A DNA stretch of 62,530 nt, counting the filler, from Vannella sp. (lineage: Eukaryota): NCBI GenBank assembly GCA_023345925.1. It is 4 parts of 4 records of this genome, joined end to end, with 100 filler letters (N's around TTAATTAATTAA, not from the genome) between each part and the next. Parts side by side here need not be neighbours in the genome. Positions count along the whole stretch, not along the records: positions 4,816 to 23,782 come from JAJQQN010001403.1; positions 23,883 to 49,353 come from JAJQQN010000127.1; 2 more parts are not named here. The stretch is one strand, 5' to 3'. Both the position numbers and the translations under genes were made by a program. Positions within the stretch are counted from its first letter, which is position 1. Each line of letters opens with the position of its first letter. Shown piece after piece: positions 10,943 through 24,461 of this stretch. A model generated the notes under the pieces. The model made no database searches. It saw only the letters and a program-made list of their open reading frames with translations, and was not told the DNA's origin.

Positions 10943-13104
10943 TTATTCTGGCCGAATGACGCAAAAGAACACCGCGATAGCCGATGCTACGAGGAGCAGG
11001 GAGAAGCAGAGAATGATGATCGAGAGAACAAAGTAAGCGTCGATATTGACTCGATTCACATTAGCTCGGACAACACTTTCGCAGTAGTTCTCGCTGTAGC
11101 CTCCAGAACAAGTGTCTGCGAATTCATTGGTGATGCATGATTGCTCCTCTCCACAGTATCCACATCCGTGGTAAAGGCAATTCGGACAATCTCCGTCTCG
11201 CGCCTCACAGATTCCAACACATTTCTTCCCTACCCAATGAGTATCGCAGTGGCATTCTCCATCGTCACAATAGCCACCCAAGCAGAAATCTTCGCATCCC
11301 ACTGAACCCCGCTTTTGAGTGACCCAAAGAGAACTCAAAAGAAAGTTAACCCACCTAACTCCCATTGGCAGTAGGGACCGTAGAATCCTGAATCACAAGT
11401 ACAGTCGGAAAAGTCATCACATTTTCCATGGTCTCTGGCTGCTCTCTGGTTATTCCCGGGGTTGACTGGACAGGTCTCTTACGGGGATGTAACGGAGGTA
11501 CATAATTCCGAGCCGAAGTCCCGTTAATGAGTCCCCATCCGTAAATGTTGTCTGGAGATTTGGCTTGATCAGCAGTTGATGTCAAGGCCGCATGAACCTT
11601 TGGACAGCATGAGACTATCAATATTCAATATAACAGGTAGACTAACATCAATAGGGCGCCATTCTGGATGAGCTTGAAGAAGTAAAGCACCAACTCCTGC
11701 CGCTAAAGGACAGGAAAATGATGTTCTTCGGATTGTCATTCATCAAAACTGACTTGCGGAATTGACTTACCCGCTACCCTTCACGTAAAGCTCTCCAGAA
11801 CTGAACCGATAGTTGGCAACTTGTACGCCGTATCCAAGCGCCACAATTTCGGGCTGATAGACATTAGGAGACGGACGAAGTTCGTTTGAGGTTATCACCT
11901 TAATACGTCCATCAAATGTTGGACCCTGCGAGGAGAAAGTCGTGATATCTCCATTTTCGTAGATAGCTCCCACAGAAAGAGCTCGTTTAGCATCACCTGG
12001 TACAGCAGGGCCAAGATTCTCTCGATGGTCATTCCCAACAGAGATAAATGCGACAACTCCACGCTGCTCCACCAGAAAGTCTATTGTTGTGTCTAACAAT
12101 ACTGTACCATTCTTGCTGTTGTAACTGTGCCAGGGTTGATAGCCGAGGGAAGCGGTGGCAATGTTTGCTCCAAGTGCCTCACCCCATTCGAGTCCACTGA
12201 TTAAGTAGTCCTCCTCTACCGGATCCTCAATCAGCATCGACTCTGTTTTAGCCAGCAGATATGTTGAAGCATAAGCAGGCCCGTAGTGCTTGCCCGGGTC
12301 CTTTCCACCAACGCAGGAAAGAGTCATAGTTCCGTGGTTCTCTGGATCGCTCCCTTCGATCTTGTCAAAGGTCTGGTCAGTCACATCATCGTCATCATTG
12401 ACAAAGTCATGCTGCTGTGGAATGTACAGGTTCTTAATGGCTGGGTGATCGAGATTGAAGCCGGAATCCAAAATGAGAATAGTCACTCCATGACCATCCA
12501 GACCAGAAGAGTGTAACGAGGGCACATCCATCATCTGCAGCTGCTGATATGAGTTTCCGTACTTGATTTGCTCATTGCTAGCCTCGTTGACTCTCGAAAG
12601 AGGGACGGAATCTTCCAAAATGGGAGCCTTCTTGACAAACTGAGCAACCATGCTCACTCTGCTCACGAAAGGAAGGGCTGTAAGAAGCGAAAGAGCTTGC
12701 TTATGATCGTGTTGGTTCCATTCTCCCGAAAAGCACATCGATACGGCGTTGTTCCATCTGGATTGCTGTGAAAGAACCAGCGCAGGGTGGGCAAGGAGCG
12801 CTTTTTTGATGTACGCAGGATGCACGGGCCAATCACTCTCAGACCAAGATGGATAGTGACCTTGAAATCTTCTCTGGAGAGCCAAGAGGTTACGCTTGAG
12901 CAAGTGAGCTTCCTCCTTCGCCAACTCCTCAGGAGAATACAAATGAAGGCCTTTGTCCTCAAAGAACACCCAAAACCGCCTTTGCGCCAACTCCTTCCTA
13001 TCATCTAACCATTCTGTAACCTCCCAATCCACATGAGCCGCTGCATGAGTCCCCAACAACATCAAACAGAGGAGAAGAGCCAAAGAGCCACCCAGCCACC
13101 GCAT
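10943..13104 (-). CDS. Membrane-anchored subtilisin-like S8 serine peptidase with EGF-like and PSI-like domains; C-terminus uncertain
   Basis: Signal peptide MRWLGGSLALLLCLMLL; triad ILILDSG / NHGTMT / GTSFSCP (spliced); Cys-rich EGF repeats; TM segment YFVLSIIILCFSLLLV. Confidence 0.85.
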
Positions 13105-13327
13105 CCGAGCGCCTTCCAAATAAATGATCCCAAAAAGGTTCAGAATGAAGGAGCAAGCAGTTGAAGCAGTCGCAATATCAAGGAGCGTTGACCAGGAAGA
13201 GAGAGTTCACGGCCACTAACTAAACCACGTCCGCTGGCCTCCGAAAAGTGCTTCTAAATCGACTGGCGCCAATGCCAATGATGATTTTATATGTTTTTAA
13301 GAGGGCCACTTTTCCATCGTTTGATAG

Positions 13328-13749
13328 GATGCCCAAAAAAGGATCTCAACCGAAACAGTGTCTTCCTTTGATGCCCCTCTTGAAAACTGCTGCAGAAGCC
13401 GGGAACGCCATTCACATCGAGATGAAGGTAAAGTTGAATCCATTCCGACCGGACGAGCTGACTTGCAAGGATTTGCCTTGCACCTCTATGAGGTCTCCAA
13501 TGCCCTGGAGATTACCGAGATCCTCGAGAAAGAGGTGACGAGTGAAGATATGGATTGTTTGAAGGTTGTGAACGCATTGAGCATGTGAAGACTGACGAGA
13601 ATGCGCTCCATCACTTTCGACACAAACTCCGTGGTTCTCATACCACGACTCTCCAACAAGCATTCAAACTTGAGAAACCCGCTGCTCTGAAAGTTCGCAG
13701 GAAGCTCGAAGACTTGAGAGAGAAGCATCTCCAGTGTGGGCTCAAGTGA
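13328..13749 (+). CDS. Possible small spliced hypothetical protein; start unresolved
   Basis: ORFs 13358..13588 and 13555..13749 can be joined through GT..CTGAC..AG introns, but no family motif is recognised and a competing minus-strand ORF exists. Confidence 0.3.
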
Positions 13750-14128
13750 TGTGGCATCCACTTGCGAGACACACATAAAATAGTACTCTTTCTCTCATTC
13801 CCTTCGCTCCACTCGAACCTGGCGAAAGCAGATAACAATAACTTCTTCTTACACTTAGCAATCGAGAAGTTCTTCCCGTTTCTGTCTTCTTTTGGTTCCC
13901 CACCCTAGAAAGAGAGAAACACTCAAGCTGGGCAGAGCCTGATGCTGACCTCCATCAGTCACTTACTATCAAAACGCATCCGCATGACGGAGCTCTCCTC
14001 CACCTTGGCTCTTGACTTTTCTCAAAGGAAAAGGGGCTGGATGGCCATGGAGAGGTCACAGCCATTGTCAAAGCATCTAAAGGGGACGGAAAATCATTCT
14101 TTTTAAGCTTTTTGGGCCAAACGGTCAA

Positions 14129-17100
14129 ATGGCAGGTCCGGCGAGGCTTCGGCTGCTCTGGAACAGCTTCGAACGGGACGAGTTTGCGGAGGTGAGCTGA
14201 TTGGATGGTCTAGGGATTAAGTACTGACAATAGGCGAAGAGTAAATCCCAGCGGATGAGCGAGTTCTTGCAGCAATTCGCTTCCACGTACTCCCGCTCGC
14301 TTCCAGAGACGATACAGTGGAGGTTAGACTTCTTTTGTCGTGTTTCGGACTTGCTTAACATAGTCGAAGCTTTGGAGATGGTCTGAGAGTGAACCAGACG
14401 CTCACTTGGCTGTTAATGGACCGACTCAGCGAGTTGACCTTCATCCAGGCTCCTTCCTCTCCCGCTGAAGGGCTTGGTGATGACATAGCTGCTCGATACT
14501 TCCACCTCTTTGCAGATCCTCAAGCAGACGGCCGTCTGCAGCTCTGGGCAATCCGCTTACTGTCCAACACGGTGAGAGGGCTTTGTTCATGCTTCCTCCT
14601 CCTTCTCATAAGCTTCCACAGCCCGACAATATCGGTGGAACGTCGAAGCTTGCTGCTACAGTGGTGATGATCGTCCACCAGCTGATGCAGTGGCATAACA
14701 AGTGCCCTCACAACGTTTTAGAGACCACTTTGGCCCAGGGCAGCGAGGAGCCATGGAGAGAAGACTTCTATCGGTATCACCTTGCTGATATGCGTGGTGT
14801 GGGACGCTTTGCAGCTCTTCCAAGTACTCTGGCCTTCCTTACGGAGGAGGCAGAAGCTTCTCGAGAGGTTGAACCTGTCGCTATCGATCCAGAGCATCCC
14901 AAGCGAACGTTTTTAGCTGTCCTTTGCCACCTTATGGCTATTTTAGAGAATCTAGCAGTTCAGCCGGAAGCATTGGAGCATCTTGTGCGCTACAATCAGC
15001 TCCACAACATCTTCCAGCTGCTTATTCCTCCCTCCCTTGCTGATGGAATAGCTTTCTCAGTGTTCTATCGGCGCATCATTCGCGCCTTGGCAAAGATAGT
15101 TCAGACTGCGACTTATCACTTGAAGCGAATGTTGCAATTGGGGCAATTGGAGTTGGTGACATTCATTATCCGGGTGATTGAGCGGCGCTGCCATCCTCCC
15201 ATTACTTCCGTTGAGCTTTGCAAGCTTCTCATCTTCACTATGCGTCGCTCAGCATACTTGACTCTCAAATTGCATCAGGAATTCCGCGAGGCGGGTGGTT
15301 ACCAGGTCTTTAACGACACGTTAAACTGGATTGGGACCACTGGATCTCTTTTTGAAAGATTGGAAATGCTTGCGGCGGTCAGCCATTTGGTTTTCATTCG
15401 CCAATCAGAGAAAGAGCCATACGAAGACACAGAGGAGATACGAAATCCGGAGGCGTACACCATTTTTGTCCGAAGCTTCCAAGAGGCAATGTCAGAGGAT
15501 TTTCAATTCGACATTTTACGGACGATGAAAGCTTTGTTGCTTCTGAGCAGGAGCGGGTATGATCTATTAGTCGAGTATTGCTACCCCTTTGAGTCGTTGT
15601 TTCTACAGTTTGACTCTCTCGCATTCCGAAGTAAGCAGTTTGTGCTCGGTGTGATGAATGGTGTGCTCGAGAATGCCACACTCTCACAGCAGGAGCTCAC
15701 AAATTACTGTTTCTTACTCGAGAGAAAGAGACCAACAACGATGATAATGATCATGCAGCAGCTAAGCCTCTTACTTTCTGCACAAAAGCTCAAAAATGTG
15801 GACCTTGAAGATGCTGGCTTAATCCACGCATTCTCAGACTTGGCTGTTTTCTCCCTGCAACTGCCTACTGCATATGCATTTGCTGATAAGAACGAGATGA
15901 GTCTTTGTATCTCCCTTCTGGATGAAATCGAAGGCAAGCAGGGAGCCCTGGCTCGCATAAGTGCACACGATGCTGACCAATTCTCCTTGCCACCCGACAT
16001 GGAGACTATTGTTGCTCATGTTGGCTCTCAAGAAGACTTCCTACGAGTACTGTACGGTATATCTTCTCTTGCATTGGATTTGATGTCGATCTTCCTCTCC
16101 TCAAACGTTCACAATCAACAAAAGTTCTGTGAAGCCGGAGTGCTTGCCAAGCTGTTCCCGCTTGTCTCTGACGATTCTCTGCGCCATTATGCTCTCCGCA
16201 TTATAGCTGTGATTGCTGCAGAGGATGTGAAGGGTACTCACCACACTGTAGTACGCGAATTGATCTCTATTCTCCAAAACTGCGGCGACACAGCCTCCGT
16301 GGAGCCTCGCATCATCAATTTGCGAATGGATGTCCTAAGAACATTGGATTGTGTCTTCCAAGCTAACAAATCAACCAAGAACTCCTTTCGAGAGCTTTTC
16401 GGAATAACTTGGTGTGTTGCCACGATCGATGGAATCGGGCAACGAATTAGTGAATCGGGAGTGGAAATAGTAACTCTACAACTCCTCAGCTATCTCAAGT
16501 TGATCTTGGGCATTCTAGCGATTCTTTTGCGCAATAATCCGCGCAATCGAAGTTACATTCGAGAGGTTTGTAATCCATTTGACAAGAAAGTGATCTGATT
16601 CTTTGTAGACAATTCAATTCAACCTCTTTACTGACTCGTTATTCCAATGGAGATTTATTGAAGGCCCAGAAGCACTTTCCATCTGTGACGATCTGTTCGA
16701 TATGGCCTTATTGGGTTCTTGGCCTCCTTCATGCCCAAGTCATCCCCTGAAGGATCAAAACACTCCTTCTTCCTCTTCCAGTGGCTCTGGAACTATAACT
16801 GCCTTGCAAAGAGCGACAGAACTGGTCAGCTCGTTTGCATGTGTCTTTTGCGAGTCTTGCCTTTTAGTCAACGTTCCAGAGATCATTCAGGTCATCACTG
16901 AACTCGTCGGACGATCACTTCCCAAAATGAATGAGGAAACTATCCACAAGATCATTAGTCAACTCAAATTCATCGCTCGCATTCTCCCTGAAAACCAGAA
17001 GCGACTCTGCTCGGTGGGGATTATCCAAGTTATCTTCAACCACTTCCAATTGGTTCTGGAAACCGACAGCAAGCTCCACCGACTGCTCTTGAGCCTGATT

Positions 17101-20100
17101 GAGTCACTTGCTTCATTCCATATCTCCCCGGCTGAGTTGTGGAGAATGTTCAAACAGTTCTCACCCGATGGCTTCCCAACACCGTTGCTGAAAACTTTGA
17201 GCAACATTTGCGTCACACAGCGAGTTGCCTCAACAAACTACTTGGAACTGCCATTCACAGGGGACTCTTTCATTGAACTCAATCTCACAAATCGTACTTG
17301 GCCACCAGCAGCAGGCTATTCTGTTGCCTTTTGGATGCAAAACGAAGGAGCAGAACGATTTCAAGTGCTCTCACTCATCCCTGAAAATACATCAAGTGTT
17401 CAGGTGAAGATATCTGTCGAGGAAAATCTTTTCCACCTTTCTATCAGCCAACCAAAAGAGCGACCACAGACCTTTAAGTTCCAACCGGCAACCGAGCAAA
17501 TGTTCCCCGTCGGGAGTTGGTGTCATGTCATCCTTTCACATGCCCCATTTAGTGCATCTGAGGGAAAGAAGAATTCTACTCAAAACGCGAAACTCTTCTT
17601 TAATGGGCTTCGCGTGGCTACCACTACAGTTCCCTATCCAAAGTCTTCCACAAATACGAGAGTGTTTGGCCTCGTCGGTTCCCGCACCGATAATCTCCGT
17701 TCAGAAACAGAGCCCTTGGAAGACCCTAACTTTGAGGGCCCAAGCCCCCACCGCTTCTCTGCAATTGAGTCGTCCACGTGGAATTTGGGAGTGATGTACA
17801 TACTTGAGGAGGTACCAAAAGATTCTGAGTGCTTCTTGTTGTACCAGCTGGGCCCAAATTACGTTGGCAACCTTGACATAACTCTTGATGGCTTCTTCAA
17901 TCCTTATGAGGCTGCCTCCCCAGCATTTGTCCGAAACACTCCAGTCAAACGGAATTTTCTACTAACTCAATCTTGGACATCTCAGCTTTCTACCTTGCAC
18001 GAAAAGATAGCATGTGCTTTCTCTCCCCGCAACCTGATCTACGCTCAGTCCGTCAAAGTACCTGGGATTTCAACAGCGAGCTCTACTTCTACCAGCTCAA
18101 CAGCACTTGTACCGACTCAATCAAAAGCCTACAATGTCACTTCTATTAGCCGAAGCTTAGTTCGAGATGCTATTTCCTGCATTGGAGGAATGAGATCTGT
18201 TGTTTTCCTTATCGCTATGCTTAGTGAGAATGACCAGCGGCTTATTTCTCTTGAGCTGCTCTACCACTTACTCCGGTACAGCGCCAGAAACTGTCAGGAA
18301 ATGGAAGAAATGTTCGGATACGAGCTGGTCTCCCGGCTGATGCGCAAGAACGCCTGGAAAATGGACGAGCAAATCCTTGGAACCCTCTTCCGTATTGCTG
18401 GCTTCGAGAGGGATCCCAAGCATATGACCTTCTCTTGTGGGGTAGTCTCCAACATGTCCGCCTTCAAATTTACGCTGATGGAATGGCGCCTTTGGAAACA
18501 AGCTCCAGTTTCTATCCAAAGCCAATTCTTTGAAAGTTTAGCAATGATTGTGAATCCTCTCAACGAGTTTTGTGCATTCAACATTACTCGCTTCCGCGAA
18601 GCACGAGTTGTTGAGACTTTGCTTTGGATCCTCCGCACAGACTTGGACGGGATAAGGGAAGAACATGCCCCTTCCATTGTCTATGTCATTCGACAGCTCA
18701 TGGAATCTGTTCCCTCTCCAGATGATCTCTCCCGTGTACTCCGGTTCCTAACGTTGACTCGCTTCAGCAGCTCTGAACAGGTTCCCAGTAGCCCAAGTCG
18801 CAGCTCTGAAGCACCAAGCCAGCTTGGTGTTCGAGAGCATCTGATTCAGTTCCTTCTTCAAATTGCGTTAGAGGACTCCAACCCGACCTCTCCGGTTCTT
18901 CAAAACCTCAACCGCGTCTTAAAGATTGACACTCTGCTAGCTTTGATGGACCATCCCTCAGAACCAGGCCGTATCCTCTCACTGGAGCTTCTTCAAGTGG
19001 TTCTTGGAACAAAAGAAGGGATACAGCGATTTGTTCAGATTCGGGGATATCTGCTCCTTGCAGACGTATTGAGCAAGCACCCTATCACCGAGAGTATCTT
19101 TACCACTTTATTCTCTCTTTTATTAGGTACCAGCTACCAAGAGAGCGGGACAGGACGGGGAGGGGCGCCCAGGCGGACGAAATCAATGACTGCCCGCAGT
19201 AGGACATACTCAACTTCAGCCCTACGAAGATCCTTGGTTTCACAAATCACTTCTTCAGTTACTTTGGCACATCCAGAAGCTCTCCGCACGATCATGATAT
19301 CGCTCAGTAGCACTTCTTGCTCATCAGATACAGCATACGTATCTCTCAAAACTCTTTATGATCTGTTCCTACAGAGTGACAACGTGAAGGTGGCTTTTTT
19401 GAATCATGGTCTTCCCCATTTGCTCAGTGAAGCATTCAGTGGAGAACTCAAAAGACGTGCCATGGCGAATCCTGCGCCATCAAATTCTTTAGTGGAAGAG
19501 ACTCTTCTTTCCTTTAGCAAGGCAGTTACTGTTTACTGCTGCACTAGCAACCGACTTCCTGTTGTTGAGTCACTCATTCAGTCACTTGGAGTCATGTTTG
19601 ACGTCCCTGAAGCCTATTCCGTGGCCCTTCAGCAAAGAATTCTTATTGATGTACTCCTCTTCTTCCATGAGAATAAGTTTATCAGCAAACCAGCTTATGC
19701 GCCAATCTACATCGAACTATGTTCGTTGGCCATCAACTTACACCGTTTGGACATGTCAGAGACTTTGATTCGCATTCGCCAAGTCCTTAAAAAGGACAAA
19801 GAAGTGCCATCTGAGATTGGAAGTCTTCTAAATCGCCCTGCCTCGACTGTACCACTCTCCGTTTGGGAAGGCTCGTACAGTTCCTGTTTGCTGACTGACT
19901 TTGAGTATTATCAGAACCTCTTCGCTATCCTGGGCCAGCCGATGAAGAGTCAATCCTTCGACATCACTCAAAGTAGCCCTATTTTAAGTCATTCCATGGC
20001 CTTTTTGGTCCTTCGGCTTATCCAACGAAGCCTTCCCACTCCTGAAGAGGAAAGTGATTCTGAAGAGGACTCATTCGAGGATGATGACTTTGAGGAACTG

Positions 20101-23100
20101 GACCTTCCTGTGAGTTACTTAGAAGCTAAGCCTATTCCATCAGGCAATCTATTTGCTGAAGAGAATGATACGCCAAGTACCTTCTCCCCTTCTTCCCGTC
20201 GAAGAAGCAACCGCTTTCTCACCCTATCAGAAGATTTCAGACCTGAAAATATTCTGTCTGAGACCCTTGAGCTTTCTGATGAACCTTATCACACTTCTAC
20301 TGAAGTTCTTCCAGTACTAGATGAGGCAGATAGTTCTCCTCGTGGTATATGGCTTATGAAAGAACGAAAAAAGAGTGAAATGTTGATATTCCTATTGGAT
20401 ACACTGTTTCACAAGCTCCTCGATGCATTCCTCCTTGATGCAAACTTCATTACGAGCTTATTAGTCTACACTATCACTCTCTTCTCTCACTCGATGCAAA
20501 GTGTTCGAGAGTCGACGTTCCGTGTATGGTCGAAAGTGACTCTGAGATGTTTTTCTGTCCCATCGGTTCGGGGGGTGTTTACGGACCCTTTATTCTCCTA
20601 CTTCCAGACAAACGAGGCAACTCAGGTGCAAGATAAGGGTATTCACATTGAGCACTTGGTCAATCGCACGTATCTTTTAGCATCCTACACTGAAGCTGCT
20701 ATTCAGTACAACAAGGAGAATGAGGAATACAAAATGCCTGTAGCTGAACGAATAGCTGCCGCAGTAGTGTTTCCCATGAGAGACGTATTGGCCGTGATGG
20801 AGCACTTTGCGACCCTCTCTCTCGATTTTTCGTTGCTTGAGCTTCAATATGAGGTTCCTTTGAAGGAGTATGCCCAGAGGAAAATGGACAGAGAGCGCAG
20901 AGTCCAGCACTCATGGAAAGGTGTTGTGAAGAAGATAACTCACGAGCGTGCCATTTGGCATATTCCTACCAAATCAATGAAGTTAGACGCCACTGAAGGT
21001 CCTTCTCGGATGCTCAAGCGTCTGAAACCATCGATTGATAACCCTCTTCTATTCTATTTGACTCCATTCCAGCTCACTAGGAGGACTTCTTGGAAGGAAA
21101 TGATTGAAGAACCTCCTGCTCGTACCCCAGACCAGATGCAAGAGCGCCGCAAGAGACAGCTTCAATTGATTGAGGAACATGGAACCGACTCTGACCTTCA
21201 AAAAGAGTATCTTTTCTCGGACGTGTCAGTGAAGGACTCAGACAAGTTCATTATCAAATACCCTTCTGTCTTTTTGCTTTCTCCTTTCTTCAAGAGACCA
21301 GGAGAACTGCTTGTATGCGAAAACTACGTGTGCTTCTTGGCATCCAACGTGTCATCAAATAACTTTGAAACCCTTCTTTCTCACACTCGCCACCGCCATA
21401 AGATCAAGTGGCACTACCACGATGTCAGAGAGCTTCATAAGCGCCGCTATTTGCTCCAAAATAACGCAATTGAGATCTTCCTCATCACAGGAAAGACTTC
21501 TTTGATATCTTTTTCCTCTCCAAAAGAGCGCGATAGTGCTTATGAGAAGATCCTGTCCTTCGACCTTCCCAATCGAATTGACTATGAGAAAGAGGTCACT
21601 GGGACTTTCATCCGCATGTCCATTACGGAGAAGTGGCAGAAAGGCCTAATCAGCAATTTTGAGTACCTCATGCACCTTAACACGATTGCAGGGAGATCAT
21701 TTAATGACCTAACTCAGTACCCGGTCTTCCCTTTCATTCACAAGAACTATCAAGACGAAGATCTCGACCTCAACGACGAAGCAAACTACCGAGACCTTTC
21801 AAAGCCGATGGGAGCGTTGGATGACGACCGATTTGCACGCTTCCAGAGGCGATACGATACTCTGGTAGAATGCAGAGATACTCCTTACTTTTATGGGACA
21901 CACTACTCTAATCTGGGCTCTGTCCTTCACTTCCTCATTCGTCTGGCACCATTTAGCTACTACTTCATAGAGTTTCAGGGAGGTAGCTTTGATGTCCCAG
22001 ACCGCTCGTTCCACTCTGTCGAACAAACTTGGGAATTGGCTTCGAGAGTATCTCCAGCTGATGTGAAGGAACTAATTCCTTCGTTTTACATTCTGCCAGA
22101 GTTTCTGACCAACCTGAATCAGTATGATATGGGTGTCATGCAAAAGGGGACCGTTATTGACTCTATTGAACTTCCTCCATGGGCACGTAATGACCCACGA
22201 CTGTTCATTAAGATCCAGCGGATGGGATTAGAGTCTCGTTATGTATCAGATAACTTACATCATTGGATTGACCTTATCTTTGGTTACCAACAGATTGGCG
22301 ATGCCGCTGTGCTGGCGAAGAATCTGTTCCACCCATACACTTACGAAGGGTCCGTTGATGTCGATAAGATTGATGATGAGCTTGAACGCAACGCAGTTCT
22401 CGCCCAGATTGATAATTATGGCCAGACACCTCGCCAGATCTTCAAAAAGCCTCATCCCAAACGCTCTTATCCTTCTGCAACTCCGTGCATCTTCAACTGT
22501 CACGAGAAGTTAGTTTCTAATCTTCTTGGTAACTTTGGGTCAGTTGGGTACATCCTTCATCGGGCCAATGAGGGTACTCCCATCATCTTTGCTTCCAAGC
22601 GGATTCCGCTCTTCCCTGACGTCACTCGCTTCATCAGTTGGGGTCATTGGGACCAAAATCTTCGTATTTGTTCGATGGAAACTGGAAAAGTCTACGCCAC
22701 TATCGAGTCTACCAGAGGAGATAACGTTACTAATGCTGCTATGACCCGAAATGGTCGTCTTTTAGCAACAGGAGGAAATACGGGTGTACTTAAGCTTTAT
22801 CACAACCTGCAAGAAGGCGGTTCAAGTAAATCTCTTGGACTCCGGTCCCATACTGCACTTCATGGCCACTCTGATGCCATTACCTGTATAACAGTCAGCC
22901 AAGAATGGAGCATTATTGTGAGCGGCTCGCAAGATCAAAGCTGCATTATTTGGGACTTGAATCGATCATGCTTCATCACCAGCCTCAACGACCATCAAGG
23001 GCGCATTATCTGCACAGAAATTAGCCCCACGACTGTGAGGACCCCTTCTTTCTCTCTTGGCCTATTCTGACTGATTTTAGGGCGATATTGTAACTGTATG

Positions 23101-23559
23101 TGACTGCAACGATGCCCGAAGCTATCTGACTTTGTGGTCCATCAATGGACAAAAACTATCCGAAAGAGAGTGTCCTCGAAAGTACGTTCAAAGGAAAGTA
23201 AAGACCAAGAGGAGCTGACCTTTTTAGAATCCAATGTGTGAGATTCACTACTGGGATTGAAGGCATTCACGAGAACCTCATTGTTGGAGGTGGTGATGAT
23301 GGTTGCCTGTACTTCTGGTCTGCTTGGGACTTGACTCCGCTGAGCCGCCTAAAGGGGCATCAGTCTGCGATAGCAGCTATTGCCCTCAAGTGAGTCCCTT
23401 TTGGCCTGGTTGTGAGGCAGCAACTAACTCTAAATCAGTCCAGAGAACACTCAAATCACTTCAGGAGACACTTCTGGTGTCCTTTTGGCCTGGAACACGA
23501 AGAAGATCTCAATGTCTGACAGTGTCTCTCGAATTAAGCTCTCTGCAGCTTCTTTTTAA
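14129..23559 (+). CDS. LYST: BEACH-domain lysosomal trafficking regulator, LYST/LvsB class (ARM, ConA-like, PH, BEACH, WD40); about 7 introns
   Basis: WPPAAGYSVAFW ConA-like region; AIEIFLITGKT PH; BEACH SNFEYLMHLNTIAGRSFNDLTQYPVFP...YGTHYSNLGSVLHFLIR...DVKELIP...GQTPRQIF; WD40 GHSDAITC. Exons join in frame from ATG 14129 to TAA 23559. Confidence 0.9.
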
Positions 23560-23563
23560 TGAA

Positions 23564-23782
23564 TCAAGGAACCACTTTGGATGAAACCACTGGCAGGTTA
23601 ACAGAGATCTCCACGAGGAGGTAAAATTGGCACTTGAAGTTATCTGCCTGATACCGGAGAACGTCAAGTCTTGTGAGATGGGGATAGGTCTCGTCAACTT
23701 CGTCCATATTTACTCCTATTGGAATGACTACGGCGGGGGCAGAAGCCGCAGGCGTCGGGGCTCCTTTGTCCAAAAAAGATAT
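23564..23782 (-). CDS. 3' end of an unidentified gene truncated by the contig end
   Basis: Open frame running from the contig end to a stop at 23564; no motif recognised. Confidence 0.4.
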   Translation of the reverse strand: MSFLDKGAPTPAASAPAVVIPIGVNMDEVDETYPHLTRLDVLRYQADNFKCQFYLLVEISVNLPVVSSKVVP

Positions 23783-23882
23783 NNNNNNNNNNNNNNNNNN
23801 NNNNNNNNNNNNNNNNNNNNNNNNNNTTAATTAATTAANNNNNNNNNNNNNNNNNNNNNNNNNNNNNNNNNNNNNNNNNNNN
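23783..23882. other. Artificial contig-joining linker
   Basis: 44 N + TTAATTAATTAA + 44 N. Confidence 0.98.
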
Positions 23883-24358
23883 ACAACTCCCACTTCCTAC
23901 CTACAGCACCGTTCCCTCACTACGGGTATGGTTATGCCCCCATGATGCACCCTTACTATTTCCCAATGATGCCACCCATGATGGAAGTCCACTTTACTGT
24001 TGAATGCTCATCCAAGTTGGGACATGAGGACATCGTTTCCCTCTTCGCTCCGTTTGCTGGATTCGAACAGATCTCGAACTTCCAATTGAGTCAATCTCAA
24101 GCTGGACAGACCAGATCTCTTGCTCAGGTCTACTTTACCGACCCCCAACGGGCCATGATCGCGGTGGAGGCACTCAACGGTACAACTCAAAAGGGAGAGC
24201 CCTTTTCCTGTCGATGGAGGGACTCACTTCAACAACAGCAACATCCAATGTACTTCCCCATGATGGTGAGACCAACCTCACTCTTAGAGAGCAATTCTAA
24301 CCTCTTCCAGATGCCACCATTCTCTTATGGTCCACCCTTGAATGATGGAAACTCATAA
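23883..24358 (+). CDS. RRM-domain RNA-binding protein, 5'-truncated, with Pro/Met/Tyr-rich flanks
   Basis: EDIVSLFAPFA...AQVYFTDPQRAMIAVEALNG is an RRM pattern. Confidence 0.7.
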
Positions 24359-24461
24359 ATAGAAGCTTGTTTCGCCACTATGATTTGAAGTACCAACCGG
24401 AAATATCTTTGGGCCTCATTCTGATTGGTTGATCTCGGGGTTGCGTGAGGTTCACTCTTTC

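Noticed and set aside
13790..13800. In-frame TGA in a minus-strand frame as selenocysteine or a recoded stop
   Set aside because: No selenoprotein motif or recognisable SECIS element. TAA, TAG and TGA all end genes elsewhere in the window, and other apparent stops are removed by canonical introns.
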